Source: Alkanindiges sp. WGS2144
GTDB taxonomy: Bacteria; Pseudomonadota; Gammaproteobacteria; Pseudomonadales; Moraxellaceae
Assembly: GCF_043950625.1 (NCBI RefSeq)
Contig: NZ_CP171007.1
Reading direction: 5' to 3' (one strand)
Length of the DNA stretch: 32,000 bases
Position numbers and translations under genes: made by a program. Below are positions 9,537 to 21,557 of the stretch, piece by piece (the first letter of the stretch is position 1; the number at the start of each line of letters is the position of its first letter). A model generated the notes under the pieces. It was not told the origin of the DNA and made no database searches. It was given only the letters and a program-made list of their open reading frames with translations.

Positions 9537-11257
9537 GTCCGCTCTCCTTTTGCTAACCACATGTCACGCATGGACTGCCCGGCAATCTGCATGGGATAAA
9601 CATGCTCTTTTGGATCAACCATCACGTTGATAAACACGCATTTATCATTGATAGCCATAGCCTCTGCCAGCTTGCTTTCCAGCTCATCAGGATGATTGAT
9701 TTCAATACCGACGTGACCGTAAGACTCCATCAGCTTGGTAAAGTCTGGTAGCGATTCCATATAAGAGCTGGAATGACGACCCTCATAGTTCATGTCCTGC
9801 CACTGTTTCACCATGCCAAGCGCACGATTGTTCAGGCACAGGATTTTGACTGAAATGCCATATTGCGTACAGGTCGATAGCTCCTGAATACACATCTGAA
9901 TAGACGCTTCCCCAGTAATACAAACGACCTGTTTTTCCGGAAATGCCAATTTACAGGCCATGGCATAAGGCAAACCAACGCCCATCGTGCCAAGGCCACC
10001 GGAGTTGATCCACTGACGCGGCTCGTCGTACTTATAGTACAGTGCGCCAAACATCTGGTGCTGTCCCACGTCAGAAGTAATAATGGCCTTACCATCCGTC
10101 ACTTTGTACAGGGCTTCAACGACTTCTTGCGGCTTCATTTCACCACTATTGGCCGGCTCATAGCGCAAACCATGACGCTGACGCCACTCATTAATCTGGT
10201 TCCACCACTGGGCAATAGCTTCACTATTGGGTTTTTCTACACCCATTTGCTTGAGTTGCACCAGCATTTCGGCCAGTACGGGCTCAACTGCCCCCACAAT
10301 GGGAATATGCGCGGTAATGGTCTTGGAAATGGTTGCGGGGTCGATATCAATATGAATTACCTTGGCATCCGGGCAGAATTTGGCCGGATTATTGGTCACA
10401 CGGTCATCAAAGCGTGCGCCCACACACAGGATCAGGTCTGCATGGTGCATGGCCATATTAGACTCATAAGTCCCATGCATTCCCAGCATACCAATAAATT
10501 GTGGGTCAGAACCGGGGAATCCACCTAAGCCCATTAAGGTGTTGGTCACAGGATAACCCAGACGATGCGCAAGCTCAGTCAGCAGTTTGGCTGCATTACC
10601 CTGAACCACACCACCACCCGTATAAATCACAGGGCGTTTAGCAATAATCAACTCATCAATGGCTTTACGAATCTGGCCGGAGTGCCCGCGTGAAGGCGGC
10701 TGATATGAGCGTAACTTCACTTTTTCAGGATATTCGTAGGCAAATTTTTCAGCCGGATTGGTGGCATCCTTGGGTACATCAACCACAACAGGGCCAGGTC
10801 GACCACTGGATGCAATATAAAAGGCTTTTTTAATAATGGATGGAATTTCGCTAGCATGGCGCACCTGGAAGCTATGCTTCACGATAGGACGCGACACACC
10901 CACCATATCGGTTTCCTGGAAGGCATCCTCACCAATCAGATGGGTTGCCACCTGACCGGAAATAATGACCATGGGAATGGAATCCATATAGGCAGTGGCA
11001 ATCGGCGTTACAGTATTGGTTGCACCCGGTCCACTGGTAACCAGCACCACCCCTGTTCTACCCGTTGAGCGTGAATAGGCATCAGCCATATGACCCGCGG
11101 CCTGCTCATGACGTACCAATACATGCTGTACTTTATCCTGCTTAAACAGTGCATCATAAATATGCAAAACTGCACCACCAGGATAACCAAAAACGTAATC
11201 AACACCCTCATCCGCAATTGCGCGAATGAGCATTTCTCCACCAGATAAAAGTTCCAA
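9533..11257 (-). CDS. ilvI: Acetolactate synthase large (catalytic) subunit
   Basis: This is a ThDP/FAD enzyme ([29 protein letters not shown]). The start is set at the TTG at 11257, giving [19 protein letters not shown] (574 aa), which matches the canonical N-terminus. The upstream part of the track ORF (to 11389) has no homology-like sequence. The start is moderately uncertain. Confidence 0.93.
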   Translation of the reverse strand: MELLSGGEMLIRAIADEGVDYVFGYPGGAVLHIYDALFKQDKVQHVLVRHEQAAGHMADAYSRSTGRTGVVLVTSGPGATNTVTPIATAYMDSIPMVIISGQVATHLIGEDAFQETDMVGVSRPIVKHSFQVRHASEIPSIIKKAFYIASSGRPGPVVVDVPKDATNPAEKFAYEYPEKVKLRSYQPPSRGHSGQIRKAIDELIIAKRPVIYTGGGVVQGNAAKLLTELAHRLGYPVTNTLMGLGGFPGSDPQFIGMLGMHGTYESNMAMHHADLILCVGARFDDRVTNNPAKFCPDAKVIHIDIDPATISKTITAHIPIVGAVEPVLAEMLVQLKQMGVEKPNSEAIAQWWNQINEWRQRHGLRYEPANSGEMKPQEVVEALYKVTDGKAIITSDVGQHQMFGALYYKYDEPRQWINSGGLGTMGVGLPYAMACKLAFPEKQVVCITGEASIQMCIQELSTCTQYGISVKILCLNNRALGMVKQWQDMNYEGRHSSSYMESLPDFTKLMESYGHVGIEINHPDELESKLAEAMAINDKCVFINVMVDPKEHVYPMQIAGQSMRDMWLAKGERT

Positions 11258-11750
11258 ATGACTCACCCTGTATGCTGACTGATAAGTACTATCAGTCGTT
11301 AAATTTGACCTGTAGCGCCATGTTTGCTTGTGCGTAAACATAGCTAAAATACGCGTGTAGCCCTGATAGAAAGATGGCGGAAAAACCAATGTTTACAGCA
11401 TTCATTGTAACTGCTGTACCGCGTCAGATACTTGATGGGTTTTAAAGTATCTACTATAAGCCAAACACACCCGAGTGGGGTCTGCTGTCTACCAGAACAA
11501 AACGTTTGCCACCGAAGGGTGATCGGCGCAAATCGCTTCATTTTAAAAAAGAGCTATTGTTTTATGTTAAGCCAGTGATGTCAAGGAAAACCTGTGCTTT
11601 TATTGAGGAAAGCCGGACTGGTCAGCATAATGGATAAAATTTACGCATTTTTACCCTTTACAGTACACCAAGTAGCAATCTGACTTGCGCTATACGCTGG
11701 TTTTAGGTACTTTGCAAGACAAGATCACGATGTGCAGGGAGTTCCATCGT

Positions 11751-12218
11751 ATGCCAAAAATTAAACTAAACCCGCAAACTTTCACCTGTTCAGCCTTGGC
11801 ACTTGGATTAGGCACAGTCTTATTTGCTGGTACAGCAAATGCACAGGCTTTTTATAAGTGGGTGGATAAAGACGGCTCCACACATTATACCCAGACTCCC
11901 CCACCCGGCAGTCGTGGCAAAAATATCAAAAGAATCGTTGTGGATGATATGGCACCTGCCACTCCAACAGCAGCAAGAGAAACCAGTGCTGATAGTGCCT
12001 CAAACTCCAATGCACCTGGCAATTCCAGCCAGCTGGCTCAGGCAGCTACTGCTGGCTCTATCCCTGATAACCGACAGACGCCGCAACCCGCACCTGCTAC
12101 AACGAACCAACCATCACAACAGCCCACAGCAAATATTCCCGTGATCACACCGCCACCTGCCAATCGCCTGATTACTCCTGAACAGGAAGAAGTCCGCCCA
12201 GCATTTAGCGAGCGTTAA
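11751..12218 (+). CDS. DUF4124 domain-containing secreted protein (paralog 1)
   Basis: It has a signal peptide ...LFAGTANA|QA, then the DUF4124 signature FYKWVDKDGSTHYTQTPPP and a Pro/Thr/Ala/Gln-rich tail. An AGGGAG SD lies before the ATG at 11751. Confidence 0.7.
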   Translation: MPKIKLNPQTFTCSALALGLGTVLFAGTANAQAFYKWVDKDGSTHYTQTPPPGSRGKNIKRIVVDDMAPATPTAARETSADSASNSNAPGNSSQLAQAATAGSIPDNRQTPQPAPATTNQPSQQPTANIPVITPPPANRLITPEQEEVRPAFSER

Positions 12219-12291
12219 ACCAGTAGTAATACCTAATAGATCAATAGGCGGTGCAGGCACACCACGCACCACCACACACAGGAATAGTTAA

Positions 12292-12759
12292 ATGAATGGG
12301 CAATTGAGCAGTACAGGGCGCAGCACGATCAAAATGAGCATGCTTCTGGTCTTGGCAGCAGTTAGTGCTGGTGCGGTACAGGCACAGCCCATCTATAAAT
12401 GGAAGGACGCTAAGGGTGCCACCCATTACTCACAAACTCCTCCACCTGCCCATCAGGCACAGGCGCTAAATATCAAGGCGAGAGCAACCCCTCCATCTCC
12501 CGCACCGGGCGCTCCCACTCCTACAGACAATAAATCGACCACTGACCCAACAACACCGAATACTGCATCAGCAAAACCAGCGCCTCAAAAGCTGAGTCCC
12601 GAAGCCTGCCAGCAACTCAAAGCCAATCTTGAGCTGTTACAGTCAGGACGTCGTTTATTTGAAAGTGATGCGGGTGGCGAACGTGCCTACCTGACTGAAG
12701 AGCAAAAAGATGTACGCATTCAATCTTATAGTCAAAACTTGGCGCAGGGTTGCCGTTAA
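12292..12759 (+). CDS. DUF4124 domain-containing secreted protein (paralog 2)
   Basis: It has a signal peptide ...SAGAVQA|QP, then IYKWKDAKGATHYSQTPPP, a Pro-rich linker and a C-terminal helical region bracketed by two Cys (CQQLKANLELL...LAQGC). The start is 12292 or 12334. Confidence 0.7.
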   Translation: MNGQLSSTGRSTIKMSMLLVLAAVSAGAVQAQPIYKWKDAKGATHYSQTPPPAHQAQALNIKARATPPSPAPGAPTPTDNKSTTDPTTPNTASAKPAPQKLSPEACQQLKANLELLQSGRRLFESDAGGERAYLTEEQKDVRIQSYSQNLAQGCR

Positions 12760-12807
12760 ATTATTACGGCCTGCCTGACCACAGGCGGAAAACAGATAAA
12801 AAAATAA

Positions 12808-15516
<2,709 letters not shown>

Positions 15517-15649
15517 TCTGAGTTGATGGTCCAAAACAGGGATGCCAAACGGCGCTGCATGGAGCAAAGCCACTTTGGCCTGGCTTTAATCTGGCGCTTG
15601 CACTTTGTGACGTGACATCATTTAAATTACTTTTGGCAGGAAAACAGGC

Positions 15650-16180
15650 ATGAAACGAACCGCTGTGTTTTTAGGCGCTCCGCTACTTTGCATCAGCTTG
15701 GGTTTAGTGAGTAGTTGCGGCTTTCACTTGCGTGGTACCCAAACCTCTGCCATTCCGGTTGACTATCAACATGTTCAGTTGAGTCTACCGCCACAGGCCA
15801 AGGCTCTGCATGAACCGCTGTCTGTATATTTACAATCACTGGGCGCAGCAGTGGATCAGGATAAAAACGCGCCGGTGATCAAAATTACTGACTATCAGCA
15901 AACCCGGCAGCTACTGAGCGGCCGCCTGACCGAAGTTCAATTGCGTCTTGCCATTACTTATCATATTGAAAACAGCCTGGGCGAGCCCTTAACCACAGAC
16001 TACAGTGTATACGCACGTCGTAGCTATCAATATGATATTGCCACGGTAAACACAGAGAATCAGGAAGAAACCCACCTGATTGAAGAAATGAACCTGGACG
16101 CTGCCACCCAGATTGCACGCCAGCTGCATGCCGGCAGAATGCAATACACTATTAGCTCTCCTACAGCACCCGCTCCCTGA
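15650..16180 (+). CDS. lptE: LPS-assembly lipoprotein LptE
   Basis: It has the lipobox LVSSC followed by GFHLRG (E. coli has CGWHLR). Its position between leuS and holA is the conserved synteny. Confidence 0.85.
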   Translation: MKRTAVFLGAPLLCISLGLVSSCGFHLRGTQTSAIPVDYQHVQLSLPPQAKALHEPLSVYLQSLGAAVDQDKNAPVIKITDYQQTRQLLSGRLTEVQLRLAITYHIENSLGEPLTTDYSVYARRSYQYDIATVNTENQEETHLIEEMNLDAATQIARQLHAGRMQYTISSPTAPAP

Positions 16181-16186
16181 TTTGAT

Positions 16187-17176
16187 ATGCGGCTGGACTA
16201 CCGGGGGGCGCTCAAACGCATTGATCAGGCGAACGGTGCGTGGCTAATTCATGGCAATGAAACCCTGCTGGAACAAAACCTGCTTACTGCCTTCCGCCAG
16301 CACTGGCAAGCGCAAGCTATTGAACGGCAACGCTTTGACATCAGCAACGTCAGTGACTGGCGTGATGTATTTAATGCCTTAAGCAGCCTGTCTTTATTTG
16401 CAGACAAACTGGCCGTAGAGGCTCATGGGAATATCAAGCCAGATGCCAGCGGCATTGAACAGTTGCAGCAGTTTATCCAGTCCCCAGCGGATAATGTCCT
16501 GCTGATTGTGATGCCGCGACAGGATGCCAGCGCACAAAAAACCAAATTCTATCAAAATGTTGATGCCAACGGTGTAGTGGTCAACCTGAGCTTGCAAAAT
16601 GCTCAGGATCGCTTAAATATTTTGCAGGATGAAGCCCGGCAACTCGGCATACAATTGCAGCAGGAAACCTGGCAGCTTTTACTGACCCAAACCGAAAACA
16701 ACTTGTTTGCAGCGCAGCAAAGTTTATGTCGTTTAAGCGATTTATATGAAAATGATCATCTTGTCAGCCCTGAAGACCTGCATGCCGCGCTTACCGAACA
16801 ATCGCGCTTTAGCAGCTTTGAGCTGGCCGATGCTGCATTGCAGGGCGACTGTCTACAGGCCGTAAAGATTTTAAATTTTCTGATAGAGTCCGGTGAGGCA
16901 GGCAGCCTGATCTTATGGGCGCTGGCGCGGGAAATGCGTTTAATCATGCAGCTATTTGAGCAACCTGGGCAATATCAGAAATTTGGCATCTGGCAAAATA
17001 AACAGCACCTTTATCAGCAGGCGCTAAAAAGGATTTCTGGCCAACAACTCATGCAATGGCCTGCCTTATTACACCGTACAGATCAGGCCATCAAAGGCTT
17101 AAGTGAAGATAACTCAAAGGATTTATTACTACAGCTCACCATGGCGTTATGTGGCCATCCCCTGTTTAATTCATAA
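16187..17176 (+). CDS. holA: DNA polymerase III subunit delta
   Basis: 329 aa that aligns by eye to E. coli HolA landmarks (LxxGNExLL, SLSLFA, FELADAAL..., WQNK). It shows leuS-lptE-holA synteny and starts 6 bp after the lptE stop. Confidence 0.85.
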   Translation: MRLDYRGALKRIDQANGAWLIHGNETLLEQNLLTAFRQHWQAQAIERQRFDISNVSDWRDVFNALSSLSLFADKLAVEAHGNIKPDASGIEQLQQFIQSPADNVLLIVMPRQDASAQKTKFYQNVDANGVVVNLSLQNAQDRLNILQDEARQLGIQLQQETWQLLLTQTENNLFAAQQSLCRLSDLYENDHLVSPEDLHAALTEQSRFSSFELADAALQGDCLQAVKILNFLIESGEAGSLILWALAREMRLIMQLFEQPGQYQKFGIWQNKQHLYQQALKRISGQQLMQWPALLHRTDQAIKGLSEDNSKDLLLQLTMALCGHPLFNS

Positions 17177-17177
17177 A

Positions 17178-18683
17178 TTAGGCAGGTTCTGTGTTGCTTA
17201 TTGCCGGACGCTGATCAACCAGATACTCATTTAAATTAAAATGACTTAACTGCTGGCGCATTTTAAAAGTCGTCCACGGCCATACTGTACTGTTACGTCC
17301 GTTACGATCAATAAAATAACTACGACAGCCGCCCTGATTCCATACGGTAGTTTTAAGCGCTTGCTGCACACGCTGGTTAAAGTGCGCAGTCTGTACCGGA
17401 TCAGGCTCAATGGTTTTAATATTTTGCTGAATAGCCTGTTTTAACGCATCGATAATATACGCCAGTTGCGCTTCAATAATGATAAAGGCAGAAGAACTCA
17501 CCGCAATATTAGGCCCAAACATTAAAAAGCCATTTGGGCAATCGGCCACCATGGTACCCATATAACCCTCAGGACTGCCCTGCCATACCTCCGCCATGCT
17601 CTGACCATGCCGATTATATACCCGCTGGGCAATTGGTGGCTCGGCCACTTCAAACCCTGTACCCAGAATAATCACATCAGCTTCGTGCGAACTGCCGTCA
17701 CTACCAATCAGGGTATTACCCTTAATTTCACTGAGTGCACCACGCACCACCTCTACATTAGTCTGTGCCAGTGCGGGGTACCATTCGTTGGACTGCAATA
17801 TACGCTTGCAACCAATCACGTAATCTGGGGTGACTTTGCGTTGTAAAATCGGGTCTTTAATGGCATATTTAATATTAAACTCAGCCAACCGTTGTACAGG
17901 ACGCATGGCAGCATTACTTTGCAGGCCACCATTAAGCGTTTCAAAAATGCCATATACCGAGCCACGCATGATTTGCTGAGTTAAAGGCAGCAATTTAAAC
18001 ATGGCACGAATAGGTGCTGGCAATGGCATATCCGACTTGGGTAATACCCAGTGTGGCGTGCGCTGAAAGACGGTAAGGTGTTTCACCTTAGGCTGAATTT
18101 GTGGCACAAACTGAATTGCTGAAGCACCTGTACCAATCACCGCCACGCGCCTATTTGTTAAGTCAATGTCATGCCGCCAGCGTGAGGAATGAAAAATCTC
18201 TCCCTGAAAGGTATCCATGCCCTTGATGGCCGGAATAACTGGTTCATGCATAGGGCCACCAGCCATAATGGTAAACTGGGTACGCAATTCGCCCTGACTG
18301 GTCTGGATAACCCAGCATTGCTCAATATCCGACCACCTGGCGGTCTGCATTTCATGTTGCAAACGGACATGCGGCATCACATCATATTTTTCCGCAGTAT
18401 TTTGCAGGTATTGCTTAATCTCAGCCTGTCCAGCAAACACACGGCTCCATGCAGGGTTTGGCTCAAAAGAATAGGAATATAAACTTGAGGGTACATCACA
18501 AGCACACCCCGGATAGGTATTTTCCCGCCATACCCCACCCAGTTCATTGGCCTTTTCCAGTAGTAGAAAATCGCTGATACCCGCCTGCTTTAACTTAATG
18601 GCAGCGCCTAAACCGGCAAATCCCCCGCCAATAATAATTACCCGATAAGGTGGCGTTTGTTTTGTTTTTTGCTGCGTAGACAT
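17178..18683 (-). CDS. Type I Baeyer-Villiger / flavin-containing monooxygenase (FAD and NADPH binding)
   Basis: It has the N-terminal Rossmann motif IIGGGFAGLG, GGVWRENTYPGCACDVPSSLYSYSF, the BVMO fingerprint FxGxxxHxxxW as FQGEIFHSSRW, and a second Rossmann motif VIGTGASAIQ. Confidence 0.85.
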   Translation of the reverse strand: MSTQQKTKQTPPYRVIIIGGGFAGLGAAIKLKQAGISDFLLLEKANELGGVWRENTYPGCACDVPSSLYSYSFEPNPAWSRVFAGQAEIKQYLQNTAEKYDVMPHVRLQHEMQTARWSDIEQCWVIQTSQGELRTQFTIMAGGPMHEPVIPAIKGMDTFQGEIFHSSRWRHDIDLTNRRVAVIGTGASAIQFVPQIQPKVKHLTVFQRTPHWVLPKSDMPLPAPIRAMFKLLPLTQQIMRGSVYGIFETLNGGLQSNAAMRPVQRLAEFNIKYAIKDPILQRKVTPDYVIGCKRILQSNEWYPALAQTNVEVVRGALSEIKGNTLIGSDGSSHEADVIILGTGFEVAEPPIAQRVYNRHGQSMAEVWQGSPEGYMGTMVADCPNGFLMFGPNIAVSSSAFIIIEAQLAYIIDALKQAIQQNIKTIEPDPVQTAHFNQRVQQALKTTVWNQGGCRSYFIDRNGRNSTVWPWTTFKMRQQLSHFNLNEYLVDQRPAISNTEPA

Positions 18684-19085
18684 GAATCATCAAACTCAAA
18701 ACTTATTTTGGCAAAAAGTGTCATAGCCGCCCTGACTTGTCAATCATGAAACTTCTCTTTCCTCCGCTCGCCTTGATAGAATTTGCTAACAGGGTTCATC
18801 ATTGAATTGGCCTTTATCAAATTGGTGATTCAGCCTCTTAACACTCAAGTGCACTATAAGCTTATTTTATGGTGATCATGCGCCTGAATATCAGCAGGAA
18901 AATAAACATGAATATTAGCGAACTGTCTCGATTAACCCATTATCTTTTTTGTTTTTAGACCTTTTTCCTGCTTTATTTAAGCAGATTTACTCTGAATGCC
19001 TTTATCAGGGTCTTCATCAAAACTTCCAACCCAATTTGCCCAACCAACCCAGAAAAACAGGCTGGCTGGATAATATCTTTATTGA

Positions 19086-20321
19086 TTAGGCATCAAGACG
19101 CTGTGCCATGCGTTTTCGATACTGGCGGGTACGACGCGCCATGGCCACCTGTTGTAGAATTAAAGCCCACAGTGGCGATACTTGCGGGTCAGGGGCTTTA
19201 CCCTGGCTGAGCTTACGCAACTGAAATTTCACCACAGACATATTGGCAACTGAAGCCAGAGGTTTATTTTTCCACTGGATCGATTTTAATTCAGGTGCAG
19301 TATGGTTGCCCTGTTTCCATTGATTAGGCAGGTTGGGATCAATGGCCAATGCAGTGGCAATACCCGCCATGTCTACGCCGCTATTAATCACCTGCTGGGC
19401 AACTTCCAGCCGACGAATTCCACCAGTTACCATGACCGGCATATTGGCGACCTTGCGAATTTCCTTGGCAAACTCCAGAAAATAGGCTTCACGCGCCAGC
19501 GTACGGCCATCGCGTGCCTGACCCTGCATCGCGGGTGCTTCATAACTGCCACCCGATAACTCAACCAGATCAACGGCCAGACTATTGAGCATTTTGACCA
19601 CTTGCTGCGCATCATCGCCACTAAAACCACCGCGCTGAAAATCGGCTGAATTAAGCTTTACCGCGACGGCAAACTGTGGCGACACCACCGCACGCACGGC
19701 CTTGACAATTTCAATCAGCAGGCGGGCACGGTTTTCCAGTGAACCACCCCATTGGTCAGTACGCTGATTACTTAAGGGTGATAAAAACTGACTCAGCAGA
19801 TAGCCATGCGCGGCATGAATTTCCACACCGGTAAATCCTGCCTGTTCACCCAGTCTGGCCGTCGTGGCAAAACGCCCGATGACTTTCTCAATCTTCTGCT
19901 GGGTCATTGCCTGCGGGGCATTAAACCGGTCGGACATGTTGCCCAGATCCAGCGCAATGGCTGACGGCGCATAGGTGGTTTGCCCAAGATTCGACTGCAT
20001 CTGGCGACCCGGGTGATTAATCTGCAACCAGAACTGTGCACCTTTAGAACGGCCAATTTTTACCCACTGTTTAAATTTGTTCAGATATTCATCATCTTCC
20101 AATACCACACCACCCGGTCCGGTCATGGCGTGACTATCCACCATCACGTTACCAGTAATGATTAAACCAACGCCACCGTCTGCCCAGGCCTGATACAAGC
20201 GCATTAATTCTTCTGAAGGGGTCTGCTCTCGATCCGCCATATTTTCTTCCATGGCAGCCTTGGCAAGGCGGTTGGGAATTGTGGAACCATTGGGAAGCAC
20301 CAGGCTGTCAAACACGTTCAT
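19086..20321 (-). CDS. NADH:flavin oxidoreductase, Old Yellow Enzyme family
   Basis: It has OYE/TIM-barrel FMN motifs (NRLAKAAMEE, QINHPGRQ, VEIHAAHGYLLSQFLSP, NQRTDQWGGSLENR, GGIR). The start is set at the ATG at 20321 with an AAGGTGA SD; the track starts at the GTG at 20330. Confidence 0.85.
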   Translation of the reverse strand: MNVFDSLVLPNGSTIPNRLAKAAMEENMADREQTPSEELMRLYQAWADGGVGLIITGNVMVDSHAMTGPGGVVLEDDEYLNKFKQWVKIGRSKGAQFWLQINHPGRQMQSNLGQTTYAPSAIALDLGNMSDRFNAPQAMTQQKIEKVIGRFATTARLGEQAGFTGVEIHAAHGYLLSQFLSPLSNQRTDQWGGSLENRARLLIEIVKAVRAVVSPQFAVAVKLNSADFQRGGFSGDDAQQVVKMLNSLAVDLVELSGGSYEAPAMQGQARDGRTLAREAYFLEFAKEIRKVANMPVMVTGGIRRLEVAQQVINSGVDMAGIATALAIDPNLPNQWKQGNHTAPELKSIQWKNKPLASVANMSVVKFQLRKLSQGKAPDPQVSPLWALILQQVAMARRTRQYRKRMAQRLDA

Positions 20322-20462
20322 ATCAGTCACCTTATTGGTCTATGCAAGCACTTTAAGGTTAAAGTAAGCTTTAATGTCAACAGTTTTTTTAAATCAAGGT
20401 TTAGACAATTACAAAAGACAAAATAAGTCGCTTTAAAATCTGGTCTGCTACATATAAAGGTA

Positions 20463-20491
20463 TTGTTGATTATTCCGGCTGTAATCAACAA
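20463..20491. repeat. Perfect 10-bp inverted repeat TTGTTGATTA-N9-TAATCAACAA in the OYE upstream region
   Basis: Read directly: 20463-20472 and 20482-20491 are exact reverse complements. It lies 142-170 bp upstream of the OYE ATG and 135-163 bp downstream of the pirin stop. No T-run follows on either strand. Confidence 0.9.
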
Positions 20492-20625
20492 AACCATACT
20501 GCTTAAGTGCTCGCTCCGTAGCGACAATAATCCCATCATTGGATAAATAGGTCACTGCTACTCAAATCCCATTTTCACTCAGTCCAAGAGGTCATGACAT
20601 ACCCAGGCTTTAACATAACGCCCAA

Positions 20626-21519
20626 TCACAAGACAGGCGCAACCAAACGTTTAAGCGATGTACCGTCCAGATCAATATCACCAAAACGACTACGTCCTTC
20701 GTTCCAGTCTTTGACTGATTGCTGCAAACCTGCAATATCCTTATCAACAAAGTTCCACCACATGACGGTTGGGTGAGGTAAAGGTTCACCGCCAAGTAGC
20801 ATAAAATGCGTGTCAGCCTCAGCAAACAGTGTAATCGTGTCAGTGGTATTGTCCCGCCCACAATGGGTTAGACTGATGAGTTCATTGCTGTGATAGTCTT
20901 CATCCTTAAACTGTACACGACCCTGAATCACCAAAATCCCATATTCAAAGCCTGCCTGCTGTTCAAGCTGAAGCGTTTGAGCAGTGTTTACCTGTATATC
21001 CAGCCCTAGTAATCTGGAATACTGCAAGGTATCAGCTTGCCTGCCTGCATACGCTCCTGTCGTAATCGTATAGGTGACATCATTGTCAGACCACACAGGC
21101 AAGTCAGGGTAATTATAAAAACTTGGTTCAATCGCCCTGTCCATGGGTAATGCGATCCACAATTGCACAGCGTGCAAGCGATCACAGCCCTCTACTGTTT
21201 GCTCAGTATGGCTAATTCCCTGATCTGCTCCTGTACCTGCTGTCATCAGATTAACTTGTCCAGGCTGGATGGTTTGCTCATTACCCAGGCTATCTTTATG
21301 CAATACTTCACCCTCAAGCATCCAAGTGAATGTTTGCAGATTGGTATGAGGATGCAAGCCGACTTGTAAGCCTTTGCTGTCACCTTGAAAAATAGCTGGG
21401 CCTGCATGGTCCAGAAAACACCATGCACCAATAGTACGCTTGCCTTTATTGGGTAGCATACGCGCCACAGGAATACCCCCGACATCTTTTTCCTTGGCAA
21501 TAAGTTTATCGACGCTCAT
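20626..21519 (-). CDS. Pirin family protein (bicupin)
   Basis: LHPHTNLQTFTWMLEGEVLHKDSLGNEQTI corresponds to the pirin HPHRGFETVTY.LEG metal-binding motif. At 297 aa the length is typical, and there is an AAGGGA SD. Confidence 0.9.
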   Translation of the reverse strand: MSVDKLIAKEKDVGGIPVARMLPNKGKRTIGAWCFLDHAGPAIFQGDSKGLQVGLHPHTNLQTFTWMLEGEVLHKDSLGNEQTIQPGQVNLMTAGTGADQGISHTEQTVEGCDRLHAVQLWIALPMDRAIEPSFYNYPDLPVWSDNDVTYTITTGAYAGRQADTLQYSRLLGLDIQVNTAQTLQLEQQAGFEYGILVIQGRVQFKDEDYHSNELISLTHCGRDNTTDTITLFAEADTHFMLLGGEPLPHPTVMWWNFVDKDIAGLQQSVKDWNEGRSRFGDIDLDGTSLKRLVAPVL

Positions 21520-21557
21520 ATTTTATCCCTTTTAATAATTTATTGGGCAGCATTAGG

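Noticed and set aside
11344-11541. A 65-aa minus-strand ORF upstream of ilvI, considered as a possible ilv leader peptide.
   Set aside because: It has no clustering of Ile/Leu/Val codons, no SD, and is far too long for an attenuation leader.
18976-18988. The 13-mer TTTAAGCAGATTT is shared with 30528-30540, raising the possibility of a dispersed repeat or a common operator.
   Set aside because: A single 13-nt coincidence between AT-rich intergenic regions is within chance expectation for a 32-kb window, and there is no extended flanking similarity.
19040-19085. The hairpin CCAGCCAGCC...GGTTGGTTGG just downstream of the OYE stop, considered as a terminator.
   Set aside because: The stem needs two G-U pairs, the loop is about 10 nt, and no T-run follows, so it is not a canonical intrinsic terminator.
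20327-20539. A 70-aa minus-strand ORF just upstream of the OYE gene.
   Set aside because: It has no SD, an AT-rich Leu/Lys/Thr low-complexity sequence, and contains the 10-bp inverted repeat. It is more likely non-coding promoter DNA.
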